From an uncultured bacterium (GTDB lineage: Bacteria; Lernaellota; Lernaellaia; JACKCT01), in NCBI GenBank assembly GCA_964591275.1, contig CAZQAE010000023.1, forward strand, positions 6,333 to 70,332: a stretch of DNA of 64,000 nucleotides, in the 5' to 3' direction. The position numbers and the translations under genes were made by a program. The notes beneath the pieces are model-generated. The model ran no database searches. It saw nothing but the letters and a program-made list of their open reading frames with translations, and was not told the origin of the DNA. This document shows, piece by piece, positions 38,259-47,870 of this stretch (within the stretch, counting starts at the first letter, position 1; each line of letters starts with the position of its first letter).

Positions 38259-39018
38259 TTATTTTTGCGAATAATATTCTTCGCTTCCTTCCTTGAAGGT
38301 GGGCTGGCTTCCGGTCCGCGCCATCATCCGGCGAAGGCCCGGCGTCCGGGTGGTGTCTACAACGTCCAGTTCCTCGTCTCCGGGGTAGCGTGTTTCCCCG
38401 CAGGAAGGACAAACGAACATCGAACGCGAATATGACACAGGGCCGAGGATCGACAACAAGGGCTTGCTTTGAAGTCCCTGGCTTCCCATTCGGCGGCCGC
38501 AGGAGCAGAGCACCGGCTCGGTCCGCCTGCCCGAACCGATTTTTCTCAGCAGGTCCGACAGCATTTTGGCGCCGGCTGTATGGACGGCGGCGCGTATGGC
38601 GCTCTCCCACGCCTCCAGGTCGGCGTTTCCCGCCTTCGACGGCTTTTCGAGAATGCGCTTTACTTCTTTGTCTTGCTCAATGGCGACCTGCGCCGTTTTT
38701 TTTCGACGGGTTCTTTAGAGCTTCACATAAGGCCTCTCCAATTTCCCGCAATTCCTTTGTCAATTTCTCAAAACGCCTGAAGTTGTCGATCTGCTGTTGA
38801 TATTTGGCGACTTCCTTCAGGCTCTTGAGCCTTTTGGAGACGGTCTTTCCTCCTTCCTTGAAAGTGTAGAGGGGGTAAGGCCCGCGCCGCACCATCTCGC
38901 CTTCCTTGTTTTTGCCCTCCCTATACTGCTGGACAATACTTCCCCGTCTCATGCGATCCAGATTCGCTAATTCGGACAGGATGTCTTTGCGCCTTGCCGT
39001 GAGATCTTTTGAAGCCAT
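38259..39018 (-). pseudogene. Transposase remnant: an N-terminal DUF6788-like segment plus a downstream CxxC...CxxC segment, frameshifted and truncated to about 250 codons
   Basis: The N-terminal segment RRGSIVQQYREGKNKEGEMVRRGPYPLYTFKEGGKTVSKRLK matches the pattern RGS...GPY..L....GKT.S that precedes several IS transposases. A second frame (38259-38564) carries a zinc-ribbon. Confidence 0.4.
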
Positions 39019-39203
39019 TTCACCCTTCGCATGTAGTACGCAAAACTACATTACCACAGGCAAAAAAAAGAGTAAGAAAAAAAAACCGGTTTTATGTCGC
39101 AGGCCCTTGACAGTTCTGTATTTTTTTTGCTAGCCCATAAGAAGATGAGAATCATGAGGGGGATTAATTTTTTACGCTCAACAAACAGGGAAAAGGAGGT
39201 CGC

Positions 39204-40067
39204 TTGATGCAAAAATTTTGTTTGATTTCAGTTTTATCAATCTTATTGCTGCTCGTAGCAGCGCAAATCCTTAACGCCAGGGAATCGGCGGAACTCGTCG
39301 TTAATACATGGAGTGACGATTGCTGTGCAAGTTGCGATGCATTACCGGGTTTCAACAACATGGTCGGACATTGGTTCAATGAAGTACGAGATGGCTCACA
39401 TGGATCAAGAGCCTTTGATGATTACTCCAAATGGCGAATCGACGGACATTTCACTCAAGATCTTTTGACTGATGGCACATATGAACAATACGCGGCGGAT
39501 TCGTCCTGGATAGACTATGTCGATGTGGCAATTGTAGCATTGCATGGCACAAGAAGAAATTCTAATCATCATTGGGGTGCAAGGGTTAGAAGTCAAAACA
39601 TCAATGATGAGTGCATTGCTGACCCAGATGAAATGGAAGTTGGGGACTATAACAATGAAAACTTAGTCCTTGTTTCATGTTATTCTGTAAATAAAAACTA
39701 CTTCTCACATTGGAGTGAATGGAAACAAATGTTCGGAGGGATGCAAGCGCTTAATGGTTTTCATGGCAAGGCCTGGTTGGCGGATTGGTTGCACGACGAT
39801 TATGAAAACTTCGCTGATGATGGTTTCGATGTGCCTTTAAAAACGGCCTTTATGGATAACCTCTATGAGTCGAATGCGTTCAACGATGGTGGAACCATTG
39901 TTGATCAATGTCCGGTAACTGTTTCGGCAGGTTCATCTTCGACGGAAGCACGCAGCTACAGAGATAATTACTATTACTATACATGGGGCTCAGACCCATC
40001 AGGGAATTCAAATTGGGCAAGATGGGGCGTTATAGGTTGCGATCCCGGCGGCGAAGGCGCATACTAA
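39204..40067 (+). CDS. Secreted Cys-containing protein (287 aa) with a possible His-Gly ... Ser-Cys dyad arrangement reminiscent of clan-CD peptidases
   Basis: It has a signal peptide. Candidate dyad residues are VAIVALHG and NLVLVSCYS. The region is AT-rich. Confidence 0.3.
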   Translation: MMQKFCLISVLSILLLLVAAQILNARESAELVVNTWSDDCCASCDALPGFNNMVGHWFNEVRDGSHGSRAFDDYSKWRIDGHFTQDLLTDGTYEQYAADSSWIDYVDVAIVALHGTRRNSNHHWGARVRSQNINDECIADPDEMEVGDYNNENLVLVSCYSVNKNYFSHWSEWKQMFGGMQALNGFHGKAWLADWLHDDYENFADDGFDVPLKTAFMDNLYESNAFNDGGTIVDQCPVTVSAGSSSTEARSYRDNYYYYTWGSDPSGNSNWARWGVIGCDPGGEGAY

Positions 40068-40080
40068 TAAATGAAAGGAC

Positions 40081-41010
40081 ATGGTCATGAAAAGGCAACA
40101 TTTAATCAGTTTTGTTCTCATTGCGCTCATCCTTCTTGTGCAAACCATCCAAGTCAGGGCCGACGAGGAGGACAATACATCGGAAAAATACTTCGGAGGT
40201 AAAAGAGTACTGGATTACAATGCAATTCTCGATGAAATATCTCAAAAGGAACAGAAAATCGATGAAACGATTACCCAGAGTATGAGAAAATGCGAATCCT
40301 CTGTCGCCTCGTTTTCCAATGAGGATATTTCCGAATGGTATGAAGCGGGGAAAGCATTTACACGATCCACTTTCCGTAATGGAAAAAAACTTCGAGATGA
40401 AAACGAAGATTTAATCATTAAAAGAAAGCTAGGATATTTGAGAATAATTGAGAAAAGAGGCATCGAGGAATCGAGAAACATCGCTTCGAGGTCCAATAAA
40501 ACTTTAGACATCAGCAAAGAGGATGCGTTGGAAAGCGCTCTTGTATTTTCAGACTACATCGGAATTGAAAGAGATCAGATATGGGATGTCGATATTAAGG
40601 TTGTCGCCGGAGAAAGCGGAGGAGAAAACGGCGTTGTTGAGGAAAAAGTGGAAGCGGAGTATCTTGTGACAATATATCGCTCGATAAACAACACACCCGT
40701 TGCCGACAGCCGCGTACGTTTGGCGATCAGCGATAGTGGGATTGTAACAAGAGTGCTTGCTCAATGGCCGATTCTTGAGGCTCAACCGGTTACTAAGCAG
40801 AAAGTGGATATTTCCCGGGTGGCGCTGAAAGTTTACGATCAATTGGACGCCATATACTATAAGAATCCGAAGGTAAGCTATGGCCTTTACCCCGTCATTG
40901 TCCATCAGGAAGACGGCGATGTCATTCGCGCCATGCCCGCTTTGCGCGTCATGGTGGTTCGTTCCGAGCAGGGACCTGTTATAGGATTCGATATTAACTT
41001 GGTGGAATAA
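40081..41010 (+). CDS. Secreted hypothetical protein (309 aa)
   Basis: It has a signal peptide ISFVLIALILLVQTIQVRA and lies in the same AT-rich block, 13 nt after the previous gene. Confidence 0.45.
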   Translation: MVMKRQHLISFVLIALILLVQTIQVRADEEDNTSEKYFGGKRVLDYNAILDEISQKEQKIDETITQSMRKCESSVASFSNEDISEWYEAGKAFTRSTFRNGKKLRDENEDLIIKRKLGYLRIIEKRGIEESRNIASRSNKTLDISKEDALESALVFSDYIGIERDQIWDVDIKVVAGESGGENGVVEEKVEAEYLVTIYRSINNTPVADSRVRLAISDSGIVTRVLAQWPILEAQPVTKQKVDISRVALKVYDQLDAIYYKNPKVSYGLYPVIVHQEDGDVIRAMPALRVMVVRSEQGPVIGFDINLVE

Positions 41011-41037
41011 ATCCCCTAACGGGAAGGAGAAAAGGAA

Positions 41038-41478
41038 ATGAGGAATTTTAAGATATTCAACAGGCTGCCCTTCGCGTTGCTGCTTGTCATTCTCGTGGCA
41101 TTACCCATTGCGCTGATGGCCTTATCCTGCGGCGATGATGATGACGATGATGATTCGGATGACTCTCAAACCCAGACATGTCAACATAGCTATGAAGATG
41201 CATGCGAGTTCATTACCGATATCCAAGCTCCGAATGATTCGGATTTGAATTGTGTTGATGCTTTTGAATTCGGATTTGAAACGGTGAAGGAATGCCATGA
41301 AAACATTATCGAACCTCTCCTTGATTCCGAGAATCCCTGTGAAGTATTGGCCGGTGAATGCTTAAATACGATGAGTGAGATTGACGAAGAATGTAGTGAA
41401 GTGACGCCGACCAGTTGCGAAAACGCCTGGGAAATATGGAGCGAATGTCTGGTGATCGCCGAGCAAGAGGATTGCTGA
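41038..41478 (+). CDS. Small Cys-rich acidic lipoprotein with polyAsp linker
   Basis: The lipobox is LMALSC followed by GDDDDDDDSDDS, and the mature part has 12 cysteines. Confidence 0.5.
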   Translation: MRNFKIFNRLPFALLLVILVALPIALMALSCGDDDDDDDSDDSQTQTCQHSYEDACEFITDIQAPNDSDLNCVDAFEFGFETVKECHENIIEPLLDSENPCEVLAGECLNTMSEIDEECSEVTPTSCENAWEIWSECLVIAEQEDC

Positions 41479-41796
41479 TCGACTTTTGACCGATTCGATA
41501 ACGAGGTTGCCTAATAAACAGCCTCGTTTTTCTTCACCAAGGCTTAAGTAGTCGTCCCTGCAAAATGTCCTGACATATTGAAAAAAATTTTGCCAGGCAA
41601 GAGAGTGTGGTACAGCCTATCGAGAGCCTCAAGGTCGAGCGATCGCCCTCGACCGTGATCCTTGGCAACATTCCTCAAACGCGGACGTATTTGGTTGGGA
41701 GCGTAAATCAAGCGCTTGTCAAACAATCACCCGATCACTCAGTCGTCGCCCGCTCACTCATCGGCGACGTACGCTCACTTGGCTTCGTGTCTTGAC

Positions 41797-42267
41797 TTAG
41801 CGAAGAATAACCCTTGCGTCGGCTATGACAGCCCTTAGCGGCGAAGCGATAACCGGATTGAGATCAATGGATTCGATAACTTCACGCATTTGATAGGCCG
41901 CTTCGGAAAAATCAGCAATCAATTGCGCCACGGATTCGACATTGATGGCTGCGGCGCCGCGGAGCCCTTCCAGAAGCGGACGTCCTTTGAGCATGCGAAG
42001 CGCCGAAAGGGCTTCCCCTTCCGATACAGGCGCCATGCGAATGACCACATCCTTATAAACTTCCACCGAAGTGCCTCCGATGCCGACAACAACCACGACA
42101 TCGAATTGGGGATCGGTTTTTGCGCCGACGATAAGTTCCAATCCCGGCGGCAGCATTTCGTCCAGCAATACGCCCGCGAAGCCTTTAAGACCGGAGAACT
42201 TTTTGAATATCTCCCGCAGGTGCTTGAGTGTTATGTGGATTTGAGAAACTATGCAGGGGTGGTCCAA
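41797..42267 (-). pseudogene. C-terminal approximately 150 codons of an NDP-forming acyl-CoA synthetase (ATP-grasp, AcdB-like); the 5' part of the gene is absent
   Basis: The segment ELIVGAKTDPQFDVVVVVGIGGTSVEVYKDVVIRMAPV...ESIDLNPV matches the C-terminal half of the ATP-grasp domain of ADP-forming acetyl-CoA synthetases. No N-terminal nucleotide-binding part lies upstream. Confidence 0.45.
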
Positions 42268-42563
42268 TGGTCGGGGGTCTCATCAGTTCAACAATACTGA
42301 TCTTAATCATACTTCCGGCAGTTTATTTGCTTTATAAAAAGGGAGATGAACCGACGCTTTTTCAGTCAAACGAAAAAAGAAAGCAGCAAGCCTTCAAAAA
42401 GGCTTTTGAAAACGAATAAACACGATAGAAATGCGGGGGAATAAAAATGACGGACTTAAAAAATGAACTTGATGCGGAAAAAGAATGGCGAAAATATGCT
42501 GATTATGGGTACCGATCCGAGCAAATAGGAAAAGCCAACAGATCGAAAAAGAGGTCAAATACC

Positions 42564-42863
42564 ATGAAAGACTTGTTCATACTTCTCATCGCGACTGTTT
42601 TTGTGCTCGCCATCGCCTCGGTCAGTTTCGCCTGCGACGAAAATTCCGATGTCTCGGCAAAGGCGGATACGACGACGGCGGCGCCGAAAGTGTTCGACAA
42701 GGCACAGACCGTCGGGACGCAAGTCACCTGCCCTGTCATGGGCACTGTCTTTGCCATTGAAAAAGACACGATTCACAAAGAGTACAAAGGCAAGCACGTG
42801 TATTTGTGCTGCCAGGGATGCATTGAAAAGTTCAAGGCCGATCCGGGAAAGTATACAAAATAA
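42564..42863 (+). CDS. YHS-domain lipoprotein (putative Cu/metal binding)
   Basis: The lipobox is SVSFAC. The YHS/TRASH-like motif is TCPVMGTVFAI...HVYLCCQGCIEKFKADPGKY. The start at 42564 is preferred over the track ORF 42447. Confidence 0.65.
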   Translation: MKDLFILLIATVFVLAIASVSFACDENSDVSAKADTTTAAPKVFDKAQTVGTQVTCPVMGTVFAIEKDTIHKEYKGKHVYLCCQGCIEKFKADPGKYTK

Positions 42864-43169
42864 GCTCATCTCTCTTTCCTAAAATGACACCAAGAGCTTC
42901 TTGCCAAACACGGCAAGAGGCTCTTTGTCTGAAAGGGTAAAGAAAGAAGGCGGAAAGAGGTTCTCTTTCGTTTCAGAAAGAAAATTATTTCTCCCAATTA
43001 CCGCATTTTCGTTGACTACAGAGACATTGGAGAATTTCTCAACTTTTCCTTTTATCTTGACTTTCCAGAAGCAATTGACTATGGACGGAGGTCGCGAACC
43101 GTAAGTGTTCGCAGCTTTATTTTGCGCACTGCGCAGGGAAATATTCGGGGCTTGGTCTTTGAATCGGTA

Positions 43170-44534
43170 ATGAGAAAAGGAGAATGCAAAGTGAAAAATG
43201 CGTCGATTATCATTCTATTTGTCGTCATCTTTGCGGCATCAGCCCAGATGACTCCATCCTACGCCCTGGACATCGCCGAACTCCAAAAATCGATTGACGA
43301 AAAAGGCGCCGAGTGGACAGCCGGCGAAACAAAGTTTTCGCACCTAAGCGCCGAAGGGTTCGCGCAAATGCTTAACTATCCGCTGGAAACCCCCGTTTTG
43401 CCGGAAGGAAAGATTCTCCACGAGTGGAACGGCGAAGTTAAAGATGATCCCCCCGATCAGCTCGACTGGAGGGATTATAACGGCAAGAACTTCCTGACCT
43501 CGATCAAGGACCAGCATCCCTGCGGTTCGTGCGCCACCTTCAGCACCGTCGGCTGCCTGGAATCCCACATCAAGATCGTCATGGACAATGAATTCATCGA
43601 GCCGAATCTGGCTGAGCAGCTTGTATGGTCTTGCTCAGGCGGGATAATGCCGCCAGCCACTTTTTTTCATACTCTGGGATGGCTGCAAAGCGAGGGAACC
43701 GCGGATGAGGCTTGTTTTCCCTACGATGCCGAGGAGCAATGCGCCGACAGTTCCCTGGGCCGCGTCGATTGCGCGGAGCGTTGCGAGGATTGGGAAAACC
43801 GGACATACGGCATTGATGAATATCAATTTTTTATGTTCCAGCAGCCGGAAACCTTTATCCAACCTCTGCAAAGCGGCCCCATCGTCGCGGGCTTCATGGT
43901 CTTCGAGGATTTCCAGGACTACACCGAAGGCGTTTACGATCACACCACGGGAGCGATGCTGGGAGGCCACGCCGTGCTTATCGTAGGATACGACGCGCAG
44001 GAAGAGTACTGGATCTGCAAGAACAGTTGGGGAGCCGACTGGGGTGAAAACGGCTACTTCCGCGTTCGCTGGGGCGACGGCCTGCTCGACTTCGGCTACC
44101 AGGCCGCACACATGGACGTCAGCTTTGAAAGTGTTTGCGGCGGCAATGAAGCGCCCGCCATCAGCGATCTGGTCGTTTCCGGCAAAGCCGAAGGCGAATC
44201 CGAGATTCTCTTCAATTATGAGGATTTGGACGCCAATCTGGCCGGCGCCGAACTCTTTTATTCCATTGATGGCGGCGACTTTGTCCGTTTCGACTCCCCG
44301 ACCACGCAGCTCGTTGGCCTAAGCGGCGAAGCGTCATTTATCATTGCGGATGAATTTTCCTCCATCCAGGTTTACGTCAAGGACATCTGCGGCGTTGAAA
44401 GTAATCAACTCAATGTCGGCGAGCAAGTCGATGATGATGACGATGACACAGCCGATGACGACGCGGCTGACGATGACGAAGCCGACGGCGACGACGATGA
44501 CGACGATGATGACGACAGCGGATGCGGCTGTTAA
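43170..44534 (+). CDS. Secreted papain-family (C1A) cysteine peptidase with C-terminal beta-rich domain and polyAsp tail ending GCGC
   Basis: The active-site Cys box is DQHPCGSCATFS. The His region is GGHAVLIVGYD, and the Asn/Trp region is NSWGADWGENGY. The C-terminus is ...DDDDDTADDDAADDDEADGDDDDDDDDDSGCGC*. Confidence 0.8.
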   Translation: MRKGECKVKNASIIILFVVIFAASAQMTPSYALDIAELQKSIDEKGAEWTAGETKFSHLSAEGFAQMLNYPLETPVLPEGKILHEWNGEVKDDPPDQLDWRDYNGKNFLTSIKDQHPCGSCATFSTVGCLESHIKIVMDNEFIEPNLAEQLVWSCSGGIMPPATFFHTLGWLQSEGTADEACFPYDAEEQCADSSLGRVDCAERCEDWENRTYGIDEYQFFMFQQPETFIQPLQSGPIVAGFMVFEDFQDYTEGVYDHTTGAMLGGHAVLIVGYDAQEEYWICKNSWGADWGENGYFRVRWGDGLLDFGYQAAHMDVSFESVCGGNEAPAISDLVVSGKAEGESEILFNYEDLDANLAGAELFYSIDGGDFVRFDSPTTQLVGLSGEASFIIADEFSSIQVYVKDICGVESNQLNVGEQVDDDDDDTADDDAADDDEADGDDDDDDDDDSGCGC

Positions 44535-44560
44535 TTTTTAGTTCCTTTAATTAAACCAAA

Positions 44561-44595
44561 GGGCGGGCCTTAAAAGGGCGCCGCCCTTTTTCTTT
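44561..44595 (+). terminator. Rho-independent terminator after the papain-like gene
   Basis: A GC-rich hairpin GGGCGGGCC...GGGCGCCGCCC is followed by TTTTTCTTT. Confidence 0.6.
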
Positions 44596-44638
44596 ATGAA
44601 AACTGACTCATCCGAACAAGCCTCAATATTGCATTGCG

Positions 44639-44953
44639 ATGGCGTTGATACTATCCACGAGGGCGCTTTATCAGTGGGTTATTGATGGCGAGGAAAAAAT
44701 CCCCTCGGACGCCGCGCGTCGCAATTATCGACGGCTGCCAAAGTGCGGCCCTCGTTGTCGAGACAGGCATGCGTGCAAAGCGCGGGCTGTTTGGAATGAC
44801 GAATTAGACGAACCGCGCAACGGACGTTGTAGAATGCACGGTGGCCTTTCTTGCGGTCCTGGCAGGGATTCCATTGCACAATATCAGCGGCGGCGGTGGA
44901 AACTGTATCGACTTGCCAAGGCAATCAACCGGGCGGCGCTTCCTTGCGAATAG
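44639..44953 (+). CDS. Small Cys/Arg-rich protein (104 aa) with a CRMHGG element
   Basis: Cysteine motifs are PKCGPRCRDRHAC and GRCRMHGGLSCGPG. Coding status is uncertain. Confidence 0.3.
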   Translation: MALILSTRALYQWVIDGEEKIPSDAARRNYRRLPKCGPRCRDRHACKARAVWNDELDEPRNGRCRMHGGLSCGPGRDSIAQYQRRRWKLYRLAKAINRAALPCE

Positions 44954-45355
44954 CGAACCTGACATAATGGTAACTTACTAAAAGCAGGAGGAATCCATGA
45001 AGGCCTTGAAAACCACGTTGGTGGTAGCCTGGTTGCAGGCTTAGCCTAGTGCTTTGCGCTGGCGTTATCTTACGGCGACGATGATGATGCCGGACGTTCC
45101 TTCCCTCGAAAGCCTGCGATGGATGACAACGAACTACTTCTTTAATGCATAAATTATGTTATAGTGTTTTAATTGGAGGAATTTGGTCACTATCTTGAGG
45201 ATGCCTCAGGGCTTCGGCAAAGTCGCGACAAACCCTTGATGTTCCTCAAAGCGCATTTTGGCCCCCCCGAATTTTTCAAGGCGTGTCCTCGGACTTTTCC
45301 GAGGCCTTGAGAGATGCTTTCAACCGTTGGCGGCAAGCCGAATAAAGAGGGAGTC

Positions 45356-46063
45356 ATGGTTCCGCAAATAGCTGAAAACTTTGAACTCGTCAGCGAAAAA
45401 AAGACGGTCGCGTTGCTTAAGGAAGCCTGCGATCTCAAGCTGAGAATAAAGTTGTATCGGACGGCTGATGAAACACCTGCTTACTCCAACCTTTTAGGGA
45501 TAAACGAAAGCCATTTGATCCTGGCCGGCCTTCAACCCAAGGAACTGGAAGAATCCTTCGTCCAGCCCTGCTCCATTGAGGCGGATTTCAAGATGGCGGA
45601 CAAGGGTGCCTTTTCCTTTAACACCACTGTCCAGGGTGTTCGGGTGGGCAAGGAATATCAATTCTACACGGATTGGCCGTCATCGCTCCGGGTTTATCAG
45701 CGGCGGAAATATTTTCGCGCCCACCCAACTCAGGAATTGCCGGCGACCTGCGTTTCGATCAGCAAACGTAACACGGTGGGTCGGGTGCGCGTGGAAAACA
45801 TCAGCCTTGACGGCGCTTTGCTCACCTTTTCCAGCACAGCCGACATCAGTGTGGGAAAAATCCTGAAGAATATCCGTCTGCGCCTGGCGAGCGAGGGGGA
45901 ATTGAACGCGGACGGCATCGTCCGGCTTGTGATGCCCGGAGAGAAAGGGGGCTGCTGCCTCGGCATTCAGTTTGACGTGCTGGACAGGGAAACCCACAAA
46001 CGTCTCACTGCCTACATCATCAAATGCCAGAAACAGATGATTCGGCGAAAAGTCGACGTCTGA
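45356..46063 (+). CDS. PilZ-domain c-di-GMP receptor (YcgR-like, two-domain)
   Basis: The RxxxR element is RRKYFR, and the (D/N)xSxxG element is ENISLDGALL. An RBS AAGAGGGAG lies upstream of ATG 45356. Confidence 0.65.
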   Translation: MVPQIAENFELVSEKKTVALLKEACDLKLRIKLYRTADETPAYSNLLGINESHLILAGLQPKELEESFVQPCSIEADFKMADKGAFSFNTTVQGVRVGKEYQFYTDWPSSLRVYQRRKYFRAHPTQELPATCVSISKRNTVGRVRVENISLDGALLTFSSTADISVGKILKNIRLRLASEGELNADGIVRLVMPGEKGGCCLGIQFDVLDRETHKRLTAYIIKCQKQMIRRKVDV

Positions 46064-46531
46064 GCGGCGATCCCTCCGTCCTGGTTCATCGTCCTGCCTG
46101 AAATTGTTCACGCCCAGAAAGCCGTGTGCGATGTACAGCGGCTCAGGGTTTAATGAGAACCGATTCAATCGACCTTGTCCCGCTTTTTGGACTTCCTCTG
46201 TATTCACGGACCGCGACTGCGTGGGGTGCCTCTCTTCCATTGTGGGTCTAGTTTACTACCAACCTCTCAAATCTCTCCTCTCTTCGCGCTACGTCCGTTT
46301 TCCGCTCCACCCATCATAGCAACATATAGAAGGTCAAAAAGCGAACCGGGGCTTTATTATTATCCGAAGCAATCAAGAAAATGCGTCGGTGAACCCTTCC
46401 ATAAATCGAATAGGCGACAACGGCTCCGGGCGGTGTAGCCCAAGCAATCAACGGAGCGGCGGCTTCCCTTCCAAAACCGAGCGGCCTATAGTGGCGACAG
46501 CTTAAGAAAATCAAAAACAAGGATCGGGATT

Positions 46532-47173
46532 ATGAATATCTGGAAAAGCGCCATTCTTATCGCCCTGGTTTTGAGCTTGGTCTTGGCCGTAGCTTGTGGC
46601 GACGACGACGATGATAACCAGGGTTCCCCTTACCTTGACGACGATGCGGATGATGACGCCGACGATGATGATTTTTATGACCCCGCCTTTTCGTGTTCCG
46701 GCGAAGTCTGCACGGACCCGGCGGTGGGGTTGATGTGGCAAAATGAAGACACGGACAGGAAAACAGGTTGGAATGAATCCATTGATTATTGCCACGATCT
46801 TGACATGGGTGATGGCTTCGGCGGGTTTCACGGCTGGCGGCTGCCGACGATATCGGAGCTTCGCAGCTTGATCCGGGGATGCCCCGAAACGGTAACGGGC
46901 GGCGAATGCGCCGTTGCGGACGATTGCCTTTCATGGGGCGAATGCTGGGATGATTCGTGCCGTAGTTGTGAAGTGTTTGGCGGGCCTGGTTTGGAGGGGC
47001 GATACTGGCCCGAAGGCATGGAGGGCACGACAACCTTCCATTGGTCCGCGTCGGAAACCGATTATCCAGAAGATGAAAATGCGTGGCATGTTGTATTTGC
47101 CAATGGGTCAATAAGTAGGTCTGGAAAATCAGGTGCTATTGATTGCGGCACCCGCTGCGTTCGTGACCTCTAA
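46532..47173 (+). CDS. DUF1566 (Lcl C-terminal domain) lipoprotein, paralogue 1
   Basis: The lipobox LAVACG is followed by DDDDD. The DUF1566 core is GWRLPTISELRSLIRGCPE...RCVR. Confidence 0.75.
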   Translation: MNIWKSAILIALVLSLVLAVACGDDDDDNQGSPYLDDDADDDADDDDFYDPAFSCSGEVCTDPAVGLMWQNEDTDRKTGWNESIDYCHDLDMGDGFGGFHGWRLPTISELRSLIRGCPETVTGGECAVADDCLSWGECWDDSCRSCEVFGGPGLEGRYWPEGMEGTTTFHWSASETDYPEDENAWHVVFANGSISRSGKSGAIDCGTRCVRDL

Positions 47174-47202
47174 ATGACCGGCGTGGACAACGAAGGGGGA
47201 AA

Positions 47203-47841
47203 ATGAAGACTTGGAAAAGCGCCTTTCTTATCGCCCTGGTTTTGAGCTTGGTCTTGGCCGTAGCCTGCGGCGATGATGACGATGACCGTGGCTCACCCTA
47301 CCTTGACGACGACGCGGATGATGACGCCGACGATGACGATTTCTACCACCCCGCCTTTTCATGTTCCGGCGAAGTCTGCACGGACCCGGCGGTGGGGTTG
47401 ATGTGGCAAAATGAAGACACAACTTCATACACTAGGTGGGAAAGCTCCATTGATTATTGCGAAAGCCTTGACGCCGGGGATGGCTTCGGCGGGTTTCACG
47501 GGTGGCGACTGCCGACGATATCGGAACTTCGCAGCTTGATCCGAGGTTGCCCCGAAACGGTAACGGGCGGGAAATGCAACGTGACGGATGATTGCCTTTC
47601 GTGCGGCGAATGTTGGGGTGATTTGTGTTGGAATTGCGAACAGTTTGGCGGACCCGGCCCCGAAGGGCGCTACTGGCCGGAAGGTATGGAGGGCACGACC
47701 TATTGTTATTGGTCATCGTCGGAGCGTACGGATTCGGAATCAGCGAGTGCGTGGTATGCCAATTTTGCTATTGGATCAATAGACAGGATGGACACTTCCG
47801 GCTCTCAAGGCTTCGGCACGCGCTGCGTTCGTGGCCTCTAG
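47203..47841 (+). CDS. DUF1566 lipoprotein, paralogue 2 (about 85% identical at the 5' end to paralogue 1)
   Basis: The signal peptide, polyAsp linker and DUF1566 core are nearly identical to paralogue 1. The upstream region GGCGTGGACAACGAAGGGG-AAAATG is also conserved. Confidence 0.75.
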   Translation: MKTWKSAFLIALVLSLVLAVACGDDDDDRGSPYLDDDADDDADDDDFYHPAFSCSGEVCTDPAVGLMWQNEDTTSYTRWESSIDYCESLDAGDGFGGFHGWRLPTISELRSLIRGCPETVTGGKCNVTDDCLSCGECWGDLCWNCEQFGGPGPEGRYWPEGMEGTTYCYWSSSERTDSESASAWYANFAIGSIDRMDTSGSQGFGTRCVRGL

Positions 47842-47870
47842 GCAACCGGCGTGGACAACGAAGGGGAAAA

